Shown here in pieces: positions 7,701-16,831 of a DNA stretch of 29,483 nt. The position numbers and the translations under genes are program-made. The notes beneath the pieces were generated by a model, which worked only from the letters and a program-made list of their open reading frames with translations, was not told the origin of the DNA and ran no database searches. Source of the DNA: Craspedostauros australis (Eukaryota). The stretch covers positions 62,001-91,483 of the forward strand of contig JALAGF010005434.1 in assembly GCA_030167865.1 (NCBI GenBank). Direction: 5' to 3'. How positions within the stretch are numbered: position 1 is the stretch's first letter; each line of letters opens with the position of its first letter.

Positions 7701-10339
7701 CAAACGACAGTGTGCTGGCCGTGCTCCCTGTAGCGGAATCCGTACCCCATTGCACGCATGCGGTCGATGAGGGCCGAGCTGATCACCAGCCATCCTGTCG
7801 GCGCAACTCCCAGACCTTGCACCAGGCCCTGGATGGGCTGCCGCAGGCTCTCCCCTGAGTAGCTGGACATGGAGACTCCGGCGCCCATGCTGATGCGGTG
7901 GACCATGCCTTGAATGGTGCGCAGCACGCTGTCGATGGGTTGGCGGGGAACCCCCTGTCGCCGCATGGCCATCCCGAACACCGGATGGGCGATCCGGTCA
8001 TAGCAGCCTTTCGCATCATTGGAGCACACCGCAGCCTCACTGCCCGAGATCCGCATGACATCGTCAGTCAGACACACATTGGCGAGGACCTCTGGCGCCG
8101 TGTGCTGCTGACGACTTCCATATTGGTCTTCAGCAATGGTACCGTTGGTCTCCCCGTGCTGCCGCGCCTTCCGACCAAGCTGCCTAGTGTTCATGTTGAA
8201 ATCTCCTTCCATTAGCCCAATAGTTCGGGTCTTGGTGACTGCCAGGTTTCCGGGTTGTTTGCGAAGCTGCACATCAGTGCACTGGCGCCAGCGTTTGAGG
8301 CTGTAGCCGGTGCGGTACGGTATCGACCGCAGGATGGCGTCGATGGTCGCCAGATGGGGCACTTTGGCGTTTGCCTTCCAGCACCCGAAGTGGAGGCCTG
8401 AGGGCCCTGACAACGTGCGCTCCTTGATCTTGCCCCAGCCCTCTACATGCTCCTTCGTGGTGATCACCCTGCCGCTCTCCGCCCAGGGCGCGGCCTGGGG
8501 AGATTGGCGTAGAGCTCGTAGCAGCTCTGCCGTGTCCGGCCTGACTTGGGCTGGAACCAGACCGTGGATGATCGCATCGGCCGCAGTGTTGGTTCCAAAC
8601 TTGCCCAGCCGGTGACGCATGTCTGGATCGCACAGCTCCGAGGACCATGCCTGCTGATACTTGGCCATATTGGTCGCACAGCACGCCTTGGCCACCTCTT
8701 CAACGTCCGTGAGGATCTCGCCCTGGCCACCGGGCCCGTCGTGGACCACCATGCTGACCTGCGAGTCGAGCGTCGTCCCGGCTAGCGCGCTTTTGATTCG
8801 TCGGAACGTCGCTCGCGTCTCCTCCCTGTCGGCGATTTGCTGCCTGTATTTCACAGGGTCCTCGCCGCTCCGCTGGGCGTAGTCCTCGTTAGACCTCAGG
8901 AAGTCTGATCGGTGATGGGCAGCTTGCTTCTTCTCTTCTTTGAGCTTCCTCCACGCCTCGTTGCGTCGTGCTCGCATAGTCGTCAGACTCATGGTCTTCG
9001 TGCGTATATGCTGCAGATGCGCCTTCTTTTTGAGCCGGTCAATGGTGGCCCCTTTGACTTTGTGCCCTGTTCTGCGCCGGATGGACTCTGTCCAGAACTG
9101 GTGCTCTTTCTGAATTCGTGCCACCAGCGGCGAGTACGGCACTGCGCCCATGCGTACCTTCCGGCACGTTTGCTCCGCCTGCAACATCGCCTTGGTGCGG
9201 TCACGGTCGATGCTCTCCAGCTCTGCCATCTGCGCCTGGGTGAGTGCGGCCACCGTCACAGCTGCTTCCAGCGCAGTCGCTCTTTCAAGCAGCCTGTATT
9301 GGCGCACCGACCTCGAGTACTGCTCCAAGTATCTGCTGACAGTGGCGGGGCTCTGTAGCTGCAGCCTTCGGCCTCGGAATGGTTGAGTGGGCGCCCTCCC
9401 TTGGCCTAGCAGCTGCCTAGACGAGTAGTCTGCCCACACCATTCGGTGATCCCACCTGCCGAACGCCGTGACTCCGGACTGGGTGGCAGTGGCATCCCCC
9501 GTAGACCATATCCCGTCGATCTGAACTCCTGCTCGGTTTCGGATTTGCGTGGCCACTCGTTGTGGATGGCTGGTGGAGAACTCTTCAGTCAGGCCTTCGC
9601 CAGACAGCATGAGAGCCATGCGAGAGCCCCGGACGTCCATGTTGATATCCCCTCCCAGTATGATGGTTTCGCCGGCCTGTCGCCACAGATGGAGCTGCTG
9701 CTGTAGCTCCTGTATGTGGAGTCCGATGGGATCATCGTCCAGACCTTCAGCGGACGCGTTGGCGGCCAGCTGGTTGTAGACCGTCCCCGGCGTCTTCGTG
9801 GACTTGGTGGCCACGTAGGTGGATACAATCCGGAGCTTGATGGCGCCTTTACCTTGCAGCAGGACGCTAGCCCATCTGCCCCAGCGGTGCGTGTCGCCTG
9901 TACTGGCCAGAATCCTTCCTCTGGCGTTGCCGACGATCATGATGGCTGTCCCGCCCCATTGGCGTACTCGAAGCATTGATGCAGCATTGTGCGACGTGAC
10001 CGTTCGCGACTGAGGGATGTTCCGTTGCACCAGCTCGTGCAACCGCTTGTGACTGGGAACCTTACTCCAGTTGACTCCAACCTCCGTCATGAGCAGGACT
10101 TCGACCTTGTGGCTTCGGACTGTCTCCCAGAGGTCAATGTATTTGGGATCGGTCTCGTCCAGGGGAAGCCCTCCAAGATTGAGGGCTGCTATCCGAATGT
10201 GTTCCGATGGGATGTGCTTAGTATTGCCTCCAACCGGCGTGAATTGGTCGGCCACCTCTTCCGTGCCTGGCCGACCTGTTGCGTCTTGCCTTCCGCGTTG
10301 CTGCTCGGTCTCTGAGCAGTGTGCGAGGCTTGCTAACAT
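4733..10339 (-). CDS. Retrotransposon ORF2 polyprotein (1868 aa): APE endonuclease, reverse transcriptase, RNase H, CCHC zinc knuckle
   Basis: APE (~10198-9425): ALNLGGL, LMTEV, GGTAI, STYV, GGDIN, IDGIW, WDHR. RT (~8410-7406): TRTIGL, QYGSR, SNDAKGCYDRI, GLVQG, YVDD (7682-7693), KYLG. RNase H (~6225-5770): CDAS, RAE, CDN, HVKGH, NVVAD. CPRCGRPEDNLHVVQC at 5396-5443. Confidence 0.96.
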   Translation of the reverse strand: MLASLAHCSETEQQRGRQDATGRPGTEEVADQFTPVGGNTKHIPSEHIRIAALNLGGLPLDETDPKYIDLWETVRSHKVEVLLMTEVGVNWSKVPSHKRLHELVQRNIPQSRTVTSHNAASMLRVRQWGGTAIMIVGNARGRILASTGDTHRWGRWASVLLQGKGAIKLRIVSTYVATKSTKTPGTVYNQLAANASAEGLDDDPIGLHIQELQQQLHLWRQAGETIILGGDINMDVRGSRMALMLSGEGLTEEFSTSHPQRVATQIRNRAGVQIDGIWSTGDATATQSGVTAFGRWDHRMVWADYSSRQLLGQGRAPTQPFRGRRLQLQSPATVSRYLEQYSRSVRQYRLLERATALEAAVTVAALTQAQMAELESIDRDRTKAMLQAEQTCRKVRMGAVPYSPLVARIQKEHQFWTESIRRRTGHKVKGATIDRLKKKAHLQHIRTKTMSLTTMRARRNEAWRKLKEEKKQAAHHRSDFLRSNEDYAQRSGEDPVKYRQQIADREETRATFRRIKSALAGTTLDSQVSMVVHDGPGGQGEILTDVEEVAKACCATNMAKYQQAWSSELCDPDMRHRLGKFGTNTAADAIIHGLVPAQVRPDTAELLRALRQSPQAAPWAESGRVITTKEHVEGWGKIKERTLSGPSGLHFGCWKANAKVPHLATIDAILRSIPYRTGYSLKRWRQCTDVQLRKQPGNLAVTKTRTIGLMEGDFNMNTRQLGRKARQHGETNGTIAEDQYGSRQQHTAPEVLANVCLTDDVMRISGSEAAVCSNDAKGCYDRIAHPVFGMAMRRQGVPRQPIDSVLRTIQGMVHRISMGAGVSMSSYSGESLRQPIQGLVQGLGVAPTGWLVISSALIDRMRAMGYGFRYREHGQHTVVCFAYVDDTNLVHSLRASNTQAQTREFQQVVSAWEGMLTASGGCLAPEKSFWQLVKFKWGNSRWQYDKKAQPQDICMRREDGTRQVLRHVPVDAANKYLGMMSRRDGGQSDHAAYLQAKAAEWASHIQSARITRQDTEIALKSVLWPALEYSLAATTLTRSQCESIMRPALMTALPHMGIARTMARPYVHGPRHLNGLAVPHLYTTQCKAHLALIWRHFESPTTTGRLLRASLLQLQLWSGVPARLQQQYSRWRRWTHQTWWTSTFDMTRQLGMSMHQIAPGLTPPRDGDAPIMELFAAASEEDAELRKANAVRIHLRALWVSDICNAAGTDIHPSVQQRREVSRLSDGLHWPRVAKPSRHSWESWDRLLISLLATDRPGMQLARPMGLWHDLRRFKARQDQRGCLQLQGQGQPEAREPNVEYRCRKYRGIAGADVSMHRGSLIVHSLGKAALQPPAVTLREHIRKIGGLANAMLQQVRITGSSRVLAEAIASGRCVACCDASAKTQRGAAAAVIQDDLLDPQAGIIIRSGVPAGSHVMNSNRAETAGVLATMQFLLAFAGWSQVTGSVTIACDNMQAIRSSAPAQLLTPEDHDYDLRQEIQHMLQRSEIKFTVQHVKGHADARSGHALSPWEVLNVVADREAGGHWQDIDLSGAWGAVAGTPLSKGWVVRTPAGFLLDASYATVAQTSAAADLRRKWRQRWGTTEGSQVDWAPMHKASARWKGGKRRALLKLASGNAASGRNMCRRLLTNDGTCPRCGRPEDNLHVVQCKSPASQAIWDASIQRIQAIIQPPRVRRDAAQLLVKALRVLKQGGSPPQGIRRTSTYDIERAQHGVGWDGLIWGAWSVAWAAHSPSPPPVSRRRKQTDWQTEVTHELWHMALQQWADRNSTLHDGERQDFMSQRLHSYFQALRELPLTSFPPHLRQLARQTPTTAPRQAEWLLTMLRAMPHVAATVPVAQTAWMRRLVSQPERHEPAGRGLPASSTPSVAN

Positions 10340-12945
10340 GATGGAGGTGCCCCAGCCCTGGGGTCAGCGTTGCGCGATCGTGCCTCGAGCTCCGCCCTCA
10401 ACTTGTCTATCTCCGCCCGCTGTATCTCCAGACGGGCTTCGTTGAGCGACTCCTTACGCTGTCGTTCCTGCTCACGTGCCGCCTCCCTGATGGACTCGCG
10501 CCGTTTTTCCGATGCTGAGGTTTCAATGGAGGCTGTGTCCATTGCGCCTGGGACCCCTGTCACAGCCGAATTCATGGTCATGTGGGACCCGATGGTAGTG
10601 CCGTTACCAAACAAGCTGCGGTAGTCTAGCGCTGCTGGCCTGTGAGTATCGGAAGCAAGCAGCTCCTCGGGAAGGTTGGTGATCACGACACTGGCTGGGA
10701 ACTCTTCCTCGAGGAGATGCTCGAGGTTACTGTTGTCTGGCGCGTTGTATTCCTTGGTTTCTGGGTCGTATGTGACATTGAGGTTCGCATGCCATGCGTC
10801 AACTCCGAACCACTTCTCCGCTTTAGAACCCAACTGGATTCTCGCGATGGCAGGTAGGAGACTCATGACTGCGGATGCCTGGGCCATGTTTTCTTCAAAC
10901 ACGTGGGCAATCAGCTGGTCGTCGTGCGCTCGAGCCATGTCCAGGGTTTGGAACAGTGGCAGCCCCGCACTGTCCTTCATGTCCATGACATGAGATCGGA
11001 GCGTGATATGCTCGCGGTTCGCGCCATGGATTGGTTCATCCAGCTTGGTTACACCTGCCGTGTCGACATACTTGAGACTGGAAACGACAGCCTGGTGCTT
11101 CTGGACCAGCATGGCTCTGTGGCGTCGCTTCTTCTCCGTCATCTGCTCGTAGCGTGCCTCCGGCAGGAACCGAATTCTCAGGCCTGCTGGCCTGTGCTTG
11201 TCTTCGTTTAGTAAGGCACACAGCCTCTCAACCGCCACTGGGGCTTGGGAGCTCTCGGTCTCCACCTTCATTGCACGCCACGGTTGCATCGTCCAATGTT
11301 TGCCGCTGTTCTTATACGTCTCCTTGGTCTTGTCGCAGACGGCAACCAGATTCTTGAGCTTGCCCCCTACTCTGGTGTTCTTGTGGCGTCGGCGGAACTC
11401 CCTGTTGAGGAGCTCCATGGTGCCTTTGACGTCGTTGAAGCCACCAGTGTAGAGCAAGAACCCGATCTCCTTTGTGGTCTCCACTTGGAGCATGTTGATG
11501 TACAGCCCTTCCTGATTCTTGTAGTAGTACGGGTTCATTTCCGCGTCCCGTTCTGCTGAGATGTTGGTAGGGTGCATGTCAGTGGTGATCCTGACATTGG
11601 TGTAGGTAAGCCCACTATCCATGGTAGAAGCCCGGAGCCCCTTGAAAAACGTGCGCAGCTCCTTGAGATCCGTTGGGATTTGGCCCACATGCTGTATGTA
11701 CCCGTTCTCCTCAAGAGAGTCTTTCCAGGGGAGAATCACTGCGGATGGATCTGTTATCCGGACTTGGCGGAACCACAACACAATCCTGTCTCGGAGGGCT
11801 TTGGTGGTGTCTGGCTCAGTCTGGTCGGCCTTGATTTTGAACATGTACCTTGTGGTGTGGTTCAAGCTTGGCAGCCCAATCAGGATCTGGCTGGTGTCAG
11901 ACTCCGAAGATTGCTCATCGACTCCCAATTCTTGGGCAACTTGGCTGAAAGTGACCCCTGGTCTTGTGTGCGCTGTTGAAGGCCGGCAGACTCTTGCTGG
12001 GGTCTCGCGTGGGGCAGGCGTGGCCGTCGGCTGTCCTGGCTCAGTGCTCACGCTGGCGCGCTGTGCGAGTCCTTCCTCCGTATCCGGCTGGGTCTCTGGA
12101 TCCTCGTCTTGCAGCGCTGCGAACCTGTTGGTGTTGGTGCCTAAGATGCGTTGCTGCGATCGGGGTGATCCCGACGTTTTCGTGCGTTTTGCAGGTTGAT
12201 CTTGCCGGGGCGATGGCTGGTGATTGTCGTTGGCGGCCGGTGGCTGCCCTTCCTTTGCCTGTGGCGAGGTGTCCATGGGCACTGGGACCTGCTCTCCATT
12301 CAGGGTGGTGCTGTCCGGGGCGGTTCCGATGTCGTAGTTGGTGCCCAGCACGCGTCTTGCCGCTTCCCATGCTCTTGCTGGACGGTTCCTGGAGCTGATG
12401 CCTCCGCTGGAGCTGACCGTGAACACCTTCCGCGGGTCAGTCGATGCCATCCTCATGACGACCATGCATACCCGCCTGCGCCGTGGGTCATCCGTCGGCA
12501 GGGTCATGGGACCGTACTGAGTGTGGCGCCCGTTGAGAACTCTGCGGAAAAACATCTCCCAGTCCTTGGCTGTGGGGTTGGCGGCTGAGGCCTCCGTTTC
12601 ATCTTTGCCATACCACTTTGCTCTCGCGCTCCACACTTGCCCCGCCATGTAATCCATGGAATGCTTGCCAGTGGCTGCCTGGAATGGCTCGATGTCGTCA
12701 CCGTACTTCCTCTCTGTGGTTTTCCATGTACTCGTTCGTGGCTTGTACTCGATGCTGTACTCCGCCGGGTCGTTTGCAACGGTTTCTGGCTCGGGGGTCT
12801 CCGCTCTTTTGGCTGCTACACTGCTACGATGCGGTGATTCACTGCTGTGGGTTGTGCTTGGTGGAGGTAGCTCCGTATCGCCGTTGTTGGGTTGCGAGGA
12901 GGGCCCTTTTTCGAGTTCCGCCATGGTCGGTTCGTTGCCTGTCAT
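10333..12945 (-). CDS. Retrotransposon ORF1 protein (870 aa), probable nucleic-acid chaperone with C-terminal coiled coil
   Basis: Long ORF directly upstream of ORF2 and overlapping it by 7 nt; ordered central region (~aa 360-740); charged helix EKRRESIREAAREQERQRKESLNEARLEIQRAEIDKLRAELE. Confidence 0.88.
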   Translation of the reverse strand: MTGNEPTMAELEKGPSSQPNNGDTELPPPSTTHSSESPHRSSVAAKRAETPEPETVANDPAEYSIEYKPRTSTWKTTERKYGDDIEPFQAATGKHSMDYMAGQVWSARAKWYGKDETEASAANPTAKDWEMFFRRVLNGRHTQYGPMTLPTDDPRRRRVCMVVMRMASTDPRKVFTVSSSGGISSRNRPARAWEAARRVLGTNYDIGTAPDSTTLNGEQVPVPMDTSPQAKEGQPPAANDNHQPSPRQDQPAKRTKTSGSPRSQQRILGTNTNRFAALQDEDPETQPDTEEGLAQRASVSTEPGQPTATPAPRETPARVCRPSTAHTRPGVTFSQVAQELGVDEQSSESDTSQILIGLPSLNHTTRYMFKIKADQTEPDTTKALRDRIVLWFRQVRITDPSAVILPWKDSLEENGYIQHVGQIPTDLKELRTFFKGLRASTMDSGLTYTNVRITTDMHPTNISAERDAEMNPYYYKNQEGLYINMLQVETTKEIGFLLYTGGFNDVKGTMELLNREFRRRHKNTRVGGKLKNLVAVCDKTKETYKNSGKHWTMQPWRAMKVETESSQAPVAVERLCALLNEDKHRPAGLRIRFLPEARYEQMTEKKRRHRAMLVQKHQAVVSSLKYVDTAGVTKLDEPIHGANREHITLRSHVMDMKDSAGLPLFQTLDMARAHDDQLIAHVFEENMAQASAVMSLLPAIARIQLGSKAEKWFGVDAWHANLNVTYDPETKEYNAPDNSNLEHLLEEEFPASVVITNLPEELLASDTHRPAALDYRSLFGNGTTIGSHMTMNSAVTGVPGAMDTASIETSASEKRRESIREAAREQERQRKESLNEARLEIQRAEIDKLRAELEARSRNADPRAGAPPSC

Positions 12946-14389
12946 CGTGGTGATGTTCGTGCTGTTTTTGTTTTTCTTGGTACTGATTTAGTGGTTATTT
13001 GCTTGCTGTTGAGTTGCCGGATTCCCGAAACTATGGCAAGGCAGCAGACGATAACAAAAACACCGACGAGTCTCCATGAGTGGGCAATGCTCGCAGGAGG
13101 ACGCCATAGCTTAGAGTACATAGGAATGCCGTGACAAGATTTGTGTGACTAGAATAAGAATAAAAAGGCACAGAAATTGCAATGTGAGCATTGTGAAGCA
13201 ATCTATCATACTTAAGGTTGTTCTTCCCTACTCTCCTCTGCTCGGCTTTCTGACGTTTGGTTTCGTTGTGTGCAGTTGGTCTTGGCTGAACACATTCCTC
13301 CAGTCACGGAGAGTGTCTCCAACCATTCGAATGAGTCGGCACAGCAGACGAAATCCACGTATAGAAGTATTTGGTCACATTACCGCAGCTCCAGAAAGAC
13401 ATTTTGCTGTTTCCGCTGAATTGTTATCCTTGACAGAGAATCCAAAATGGCGAACGTTCAAAGAAGCATGCAGGGACTCAATGATATCCTCCGCATCTCG
13501 ACCCGCAAGGAGGTCACCTTTGTGGGCAAGAAAGTGTGTTCTGTGGTGCCCTGTCTGCCTTCCATCTTGTCTGCTCATGGGAACGGTTCGGCTTGCACTG
13601 TTCTTCCCTCCGGCATCGTGCCATGCAACACTCGTACAACTGTGAAGCCATGCGTCCCTGTACTCGTAGGTATGGCAGCGCCACAGGGCAGCATGGATGC
13701 GCAGTTCGTATGTTCAGAATTTCATCAATTATGGAGGTCATGGTCGCAAGAGAGGACCGCGCCATGTGGTTCGTACAAGCTATCTGATGGCCTCTCCGTA
13801 CCGGTGCCGACCTTGTATGGAAGATAGGTGAAGGCTGCATGCCATGCGCACGTCCTCGTGCAAGAATGGTGCTGTGTGACATGGTGTGGGTTGATACGAT
13901 CTTCTTCCTCGAAATGGGCGCACGAAAGAACGGAGACTGACATTCCTCCTCTTAATTGTCTGCCGGCACCTAGCACAATTCTCTGTGTGCTCGTTGAAGT
14001 TCGGGCCGATCAAGAACAACAAGTTTGACAGAAGAGACCGAGCTCGCTAGCAACTACTCAAGGCTGCACAGATAGGAAACAGAAAATATTGACGTTGGCA
14101 TCAACAGCAGCATCGCCTGGGTCGGGATGCATGCTGCTTCGCGATCCCTTTCACTTGCATCGGGCACAAATCGAGAAACGCAATCAACTCGCCAAGCCCA
14201 GACATCAATCATCAATCATCGACCAATCCACTGCCGCAACTACCCCGAGCATCGTAGCCCAAAGCAACTTCCATCATAGCATACATATTCGTAGGCTCCG
14301 CAACACAAACCACGCCATATCGCCCCTCCATCCCAGGCTACCATACCAATACCTAGGCATCCTACCATACACAGAAACGCACATCAAAT

Positions 14390-16147
14390 ATGGCGATTCC
14401 ACTGGACAGAGGATCCGACGATGACTTCTACATCGTCCCAGAAGCATTCGTCTACGACTACGACAAGATGTTCCAGTACGGATGGTTCACCATCTCCTTG
14501 CTGCTAGCGACCTGGGCATTCGCCACTGGTGTCGAAACGGTCCTCCCGAAGGTGGAGTACCTAGATATCGGGACGAAATACAGACTGCTCTCAATCGATA
14601 AGAAGAAGAACACTGTCACCTACGTGATGCAGATCATCATGACGACATTTGCTCTCGCCTGTCAGATCTATGGAGGGTGGGAGGTCGTCTTCCAGTTCAA
14701 GGACGAAACGAGTCGATCCCGCATGGACTGGTTGGTGTTTGCCATCCAACTCCTCGTCGTGCTGTATGTGTGGGAGATCCTCTACCGCCTCACGATTGGT
14801 CTGCCGTTGCTCGTCCACCATCTCATGGCAGTCCTGATCACTCAGCTCGCAGTAGCATCATACCTGGACAGTGGCGACATGTTCTACGCCCGATTCTTGT
14901 GCATGTTCGGATGGCATGCAACCACAGAACAGCTCAGGTACGTACCAGGAAGTGTGTGCATGTGCCAGCATGATGTTAGTTTGATATTGTACTCACCAAA
15001 CGCTTCAAGATTGTGAAACCCAAGCATAATGGTGGATCGAGCGACGCTGACACCATCACTTCATCATCACATCCTCATAACTTCTTCACACAATGGTACA
15101 TCTATTCCTGATCGGTGACATGATACCGACGACATGGCAACGACGGTTCGCAGTTTCGTCGTCCTGTTCATGTTCAGACTCGATCTATTCCCGTCCTGGC
15201 AGGCCTCCCTCTTCCATGCCGCAGCGACCCAAACGTTGATGCTGAAGATCATCATCACCATCGCGATGACCGCTCTGGTGATCACCGAAGCATTCATCAA
15301 CAACGAGGATGATGCAATGGGATGGATTTGGTTCTGGAGGATCGCCTACCTTCCCATCACCATCGTAGTGTTTGGATCTCAGATGTACGCTGTGAACGTT
15401 CTCTACGCTCTGAGTGCGAGGTGCCGAAAGATGGCTCGAAACATGACGTCCAACGAGAGCGACATAGAGAGTGGTGACATGGGATTGACCTCCACCGACT
15501 CCAGTTGTCAGTGTCCCAACGGCAAAAGCCACCACTCTGCCAAAGCAGAACACCCGACCGCCACGAGCTCCCCACGTGCCAGTTCTGGGCGCCGCCGCTC
15601 CAGCATCAACCGCAGCTTTCGCACTGCCGACCCCCAAGAGCATGACTCACGTCGCCGTGGCTCCGATATCATCCTTGCATCGTATGAGAGCTCAGCTGCG
15701 CCGGAGGAGATGATGTTGGATGACTTTAGGGCCCAGCAATCCGTCAGGTTGGCACTTCTTCGAAAAACTGTGTCCTCCCGATCCAATGCAGGAACCACAG
15801 CAGCAACCCATGTCCGTAGAAGCCGACCAATAGTCGAAATCGCTTGGATATTGTCGCAACTGGAGAAGGAATTGGAGATGGGCATGGCTGTGGGTGTGGG
15901 CGAGGAAGACTCCGAGGAAGAGCACGACCATCATGTAGGATGTGATACGAGCGAAACGGGCCTGAGCCCATCAGACCTCGCTCGCATTGAAAGACTCTGT
16001 GGTAGAAAACCTGGATCAGCACGTGAATCTGCGGTCACGTCTCGGCAACTTACCGTCTCGCACGTTGGTAAAGTAATCGATTCGACTGCGAAAACCAGCA
16101 GGATTTCTCGGGAAGACTTCGACGTGGAGAAGAACGGCCGGTGTTGA
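14390..16147 (+). CDS. Polytopic membrane protein, TLC-like, paralog 2; exons 14390-14937 and 15154-16147 (513 aa)
   Basis: Donor AG|GTACGT at 14937/14938 and acceptor TCGCAG| at 15153; in-frame join (...TTEQLS FVVLFMFRL...), total 1542 nt. Colinear with paralog 1 (YIVPEAFVY, QIYGGWEVVFQFKDETS, LYVWEILYRL, LLVHH). Confidence 0.87.
14938..15153 (+). other. Spliceosomal intron (216 nt, phase 2)
   Basis: GTACGT...TTCGCAG; position conserved with paralog 1. Confidence 0.88.
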
Positions 16148-16362
16148 TCAGCAACACACGCCGATCGAGCCGCAGAGATTGACTTTCAACATCTGCCAAC
16201 GACGCTCAATGCCTACTGTACATTGTTCCACATATAATTTTATCAGGGGACATTTCAGAACATAATTTTTCATAATATTTCATTTCATTCATCCGTCTTT
16301 TATTCTCCAGAAGATGCTGGTTGATTCCACGGAGTTTTGGATTTGTAGAATAGTATGATAGC

Positions 16363-16383
16363 GAGAGAGAGAGAGAGAGAGAG
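16363..16383. repeat. (GA)n microsatellite
   Basis: gagagagagagagagagagag. Confidence 0.95.
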
Positions 16384-16831
16384 GTTGTGTGTATGGAGTG
16401 GTGCTGGGGCCTGTCGTTGTGGTCACATTTACTGTTGGGGCCAAGAGCTCGACATTTGGGCTGTTATCCATAGATGACTCAACTGCGACTTGATCGCCAC
16501 GAGCTCGTCTGTTCTGCTTTGTGCTCACGAAATTCGGAACCACACGTCACAGTGACGCAATTCGAACTGGTGAAGCGAAATCGAAAATGGAACTCCGGAA
16601 GAACAGCTACAACACTGAAATGGTATCCGTGATGACAACAGCAACGACAAAGTTCTGCCAACACACGCATCCACACATGTATCTGCCCATCCCATAAAAA
16701 CTGAGACAGCTCTCCAACTCTCCGCCACTTCAAAGTCCAACAGCAACAGTGACATCCGGCAAGAAGACCACTTCATTCCATTCAACTCAACTCGTATTAT
16801 TTAATATAATACATAAAACACCAACCACACC

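Larger units (their letters stand above)
4577..13105 (-). mobile_element. Full-length non-LTR retrotransposon (LINE), Ambal-like: ORF1 + ORF2 (APE-RT-RNase H-CCHC)
   Basis: Two long uninterrupted overlapping minus-strand ORFs with all catalytic motifs and visibly higher GC than the flanks. Ends are uncertain: candidate TSD ATAGC (4572-4576/13106-13110) or AACTATG (4583-4589/13029-13035). Clade is inferred from architecture. Confidence 0.9.

Noticed and set aside
4957..12991. Many 60-250 aa overlapping ORFs inside the retrotransposon
   Set aside because: Expected in GC-rich coding DNA; no recognisable domains.
12946..13110. Self-cleaving (HDV-like or hammerhead) ribozyme at the LINE 5' end
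   Set aside because: The candidate start GGCGTCC has no downstream P1 complement, and there is no CUGANGA/GAAA core; only weak hairpins are seen. An Infernal scan would be decisive.
13111..14389. Short ORFs between the LINE and paralog 2 as a third element ORF or pseudogene
   Set aside because: All frames are interrupted, there are no recognisable motifs and the region lies outside both candidate TSDs.
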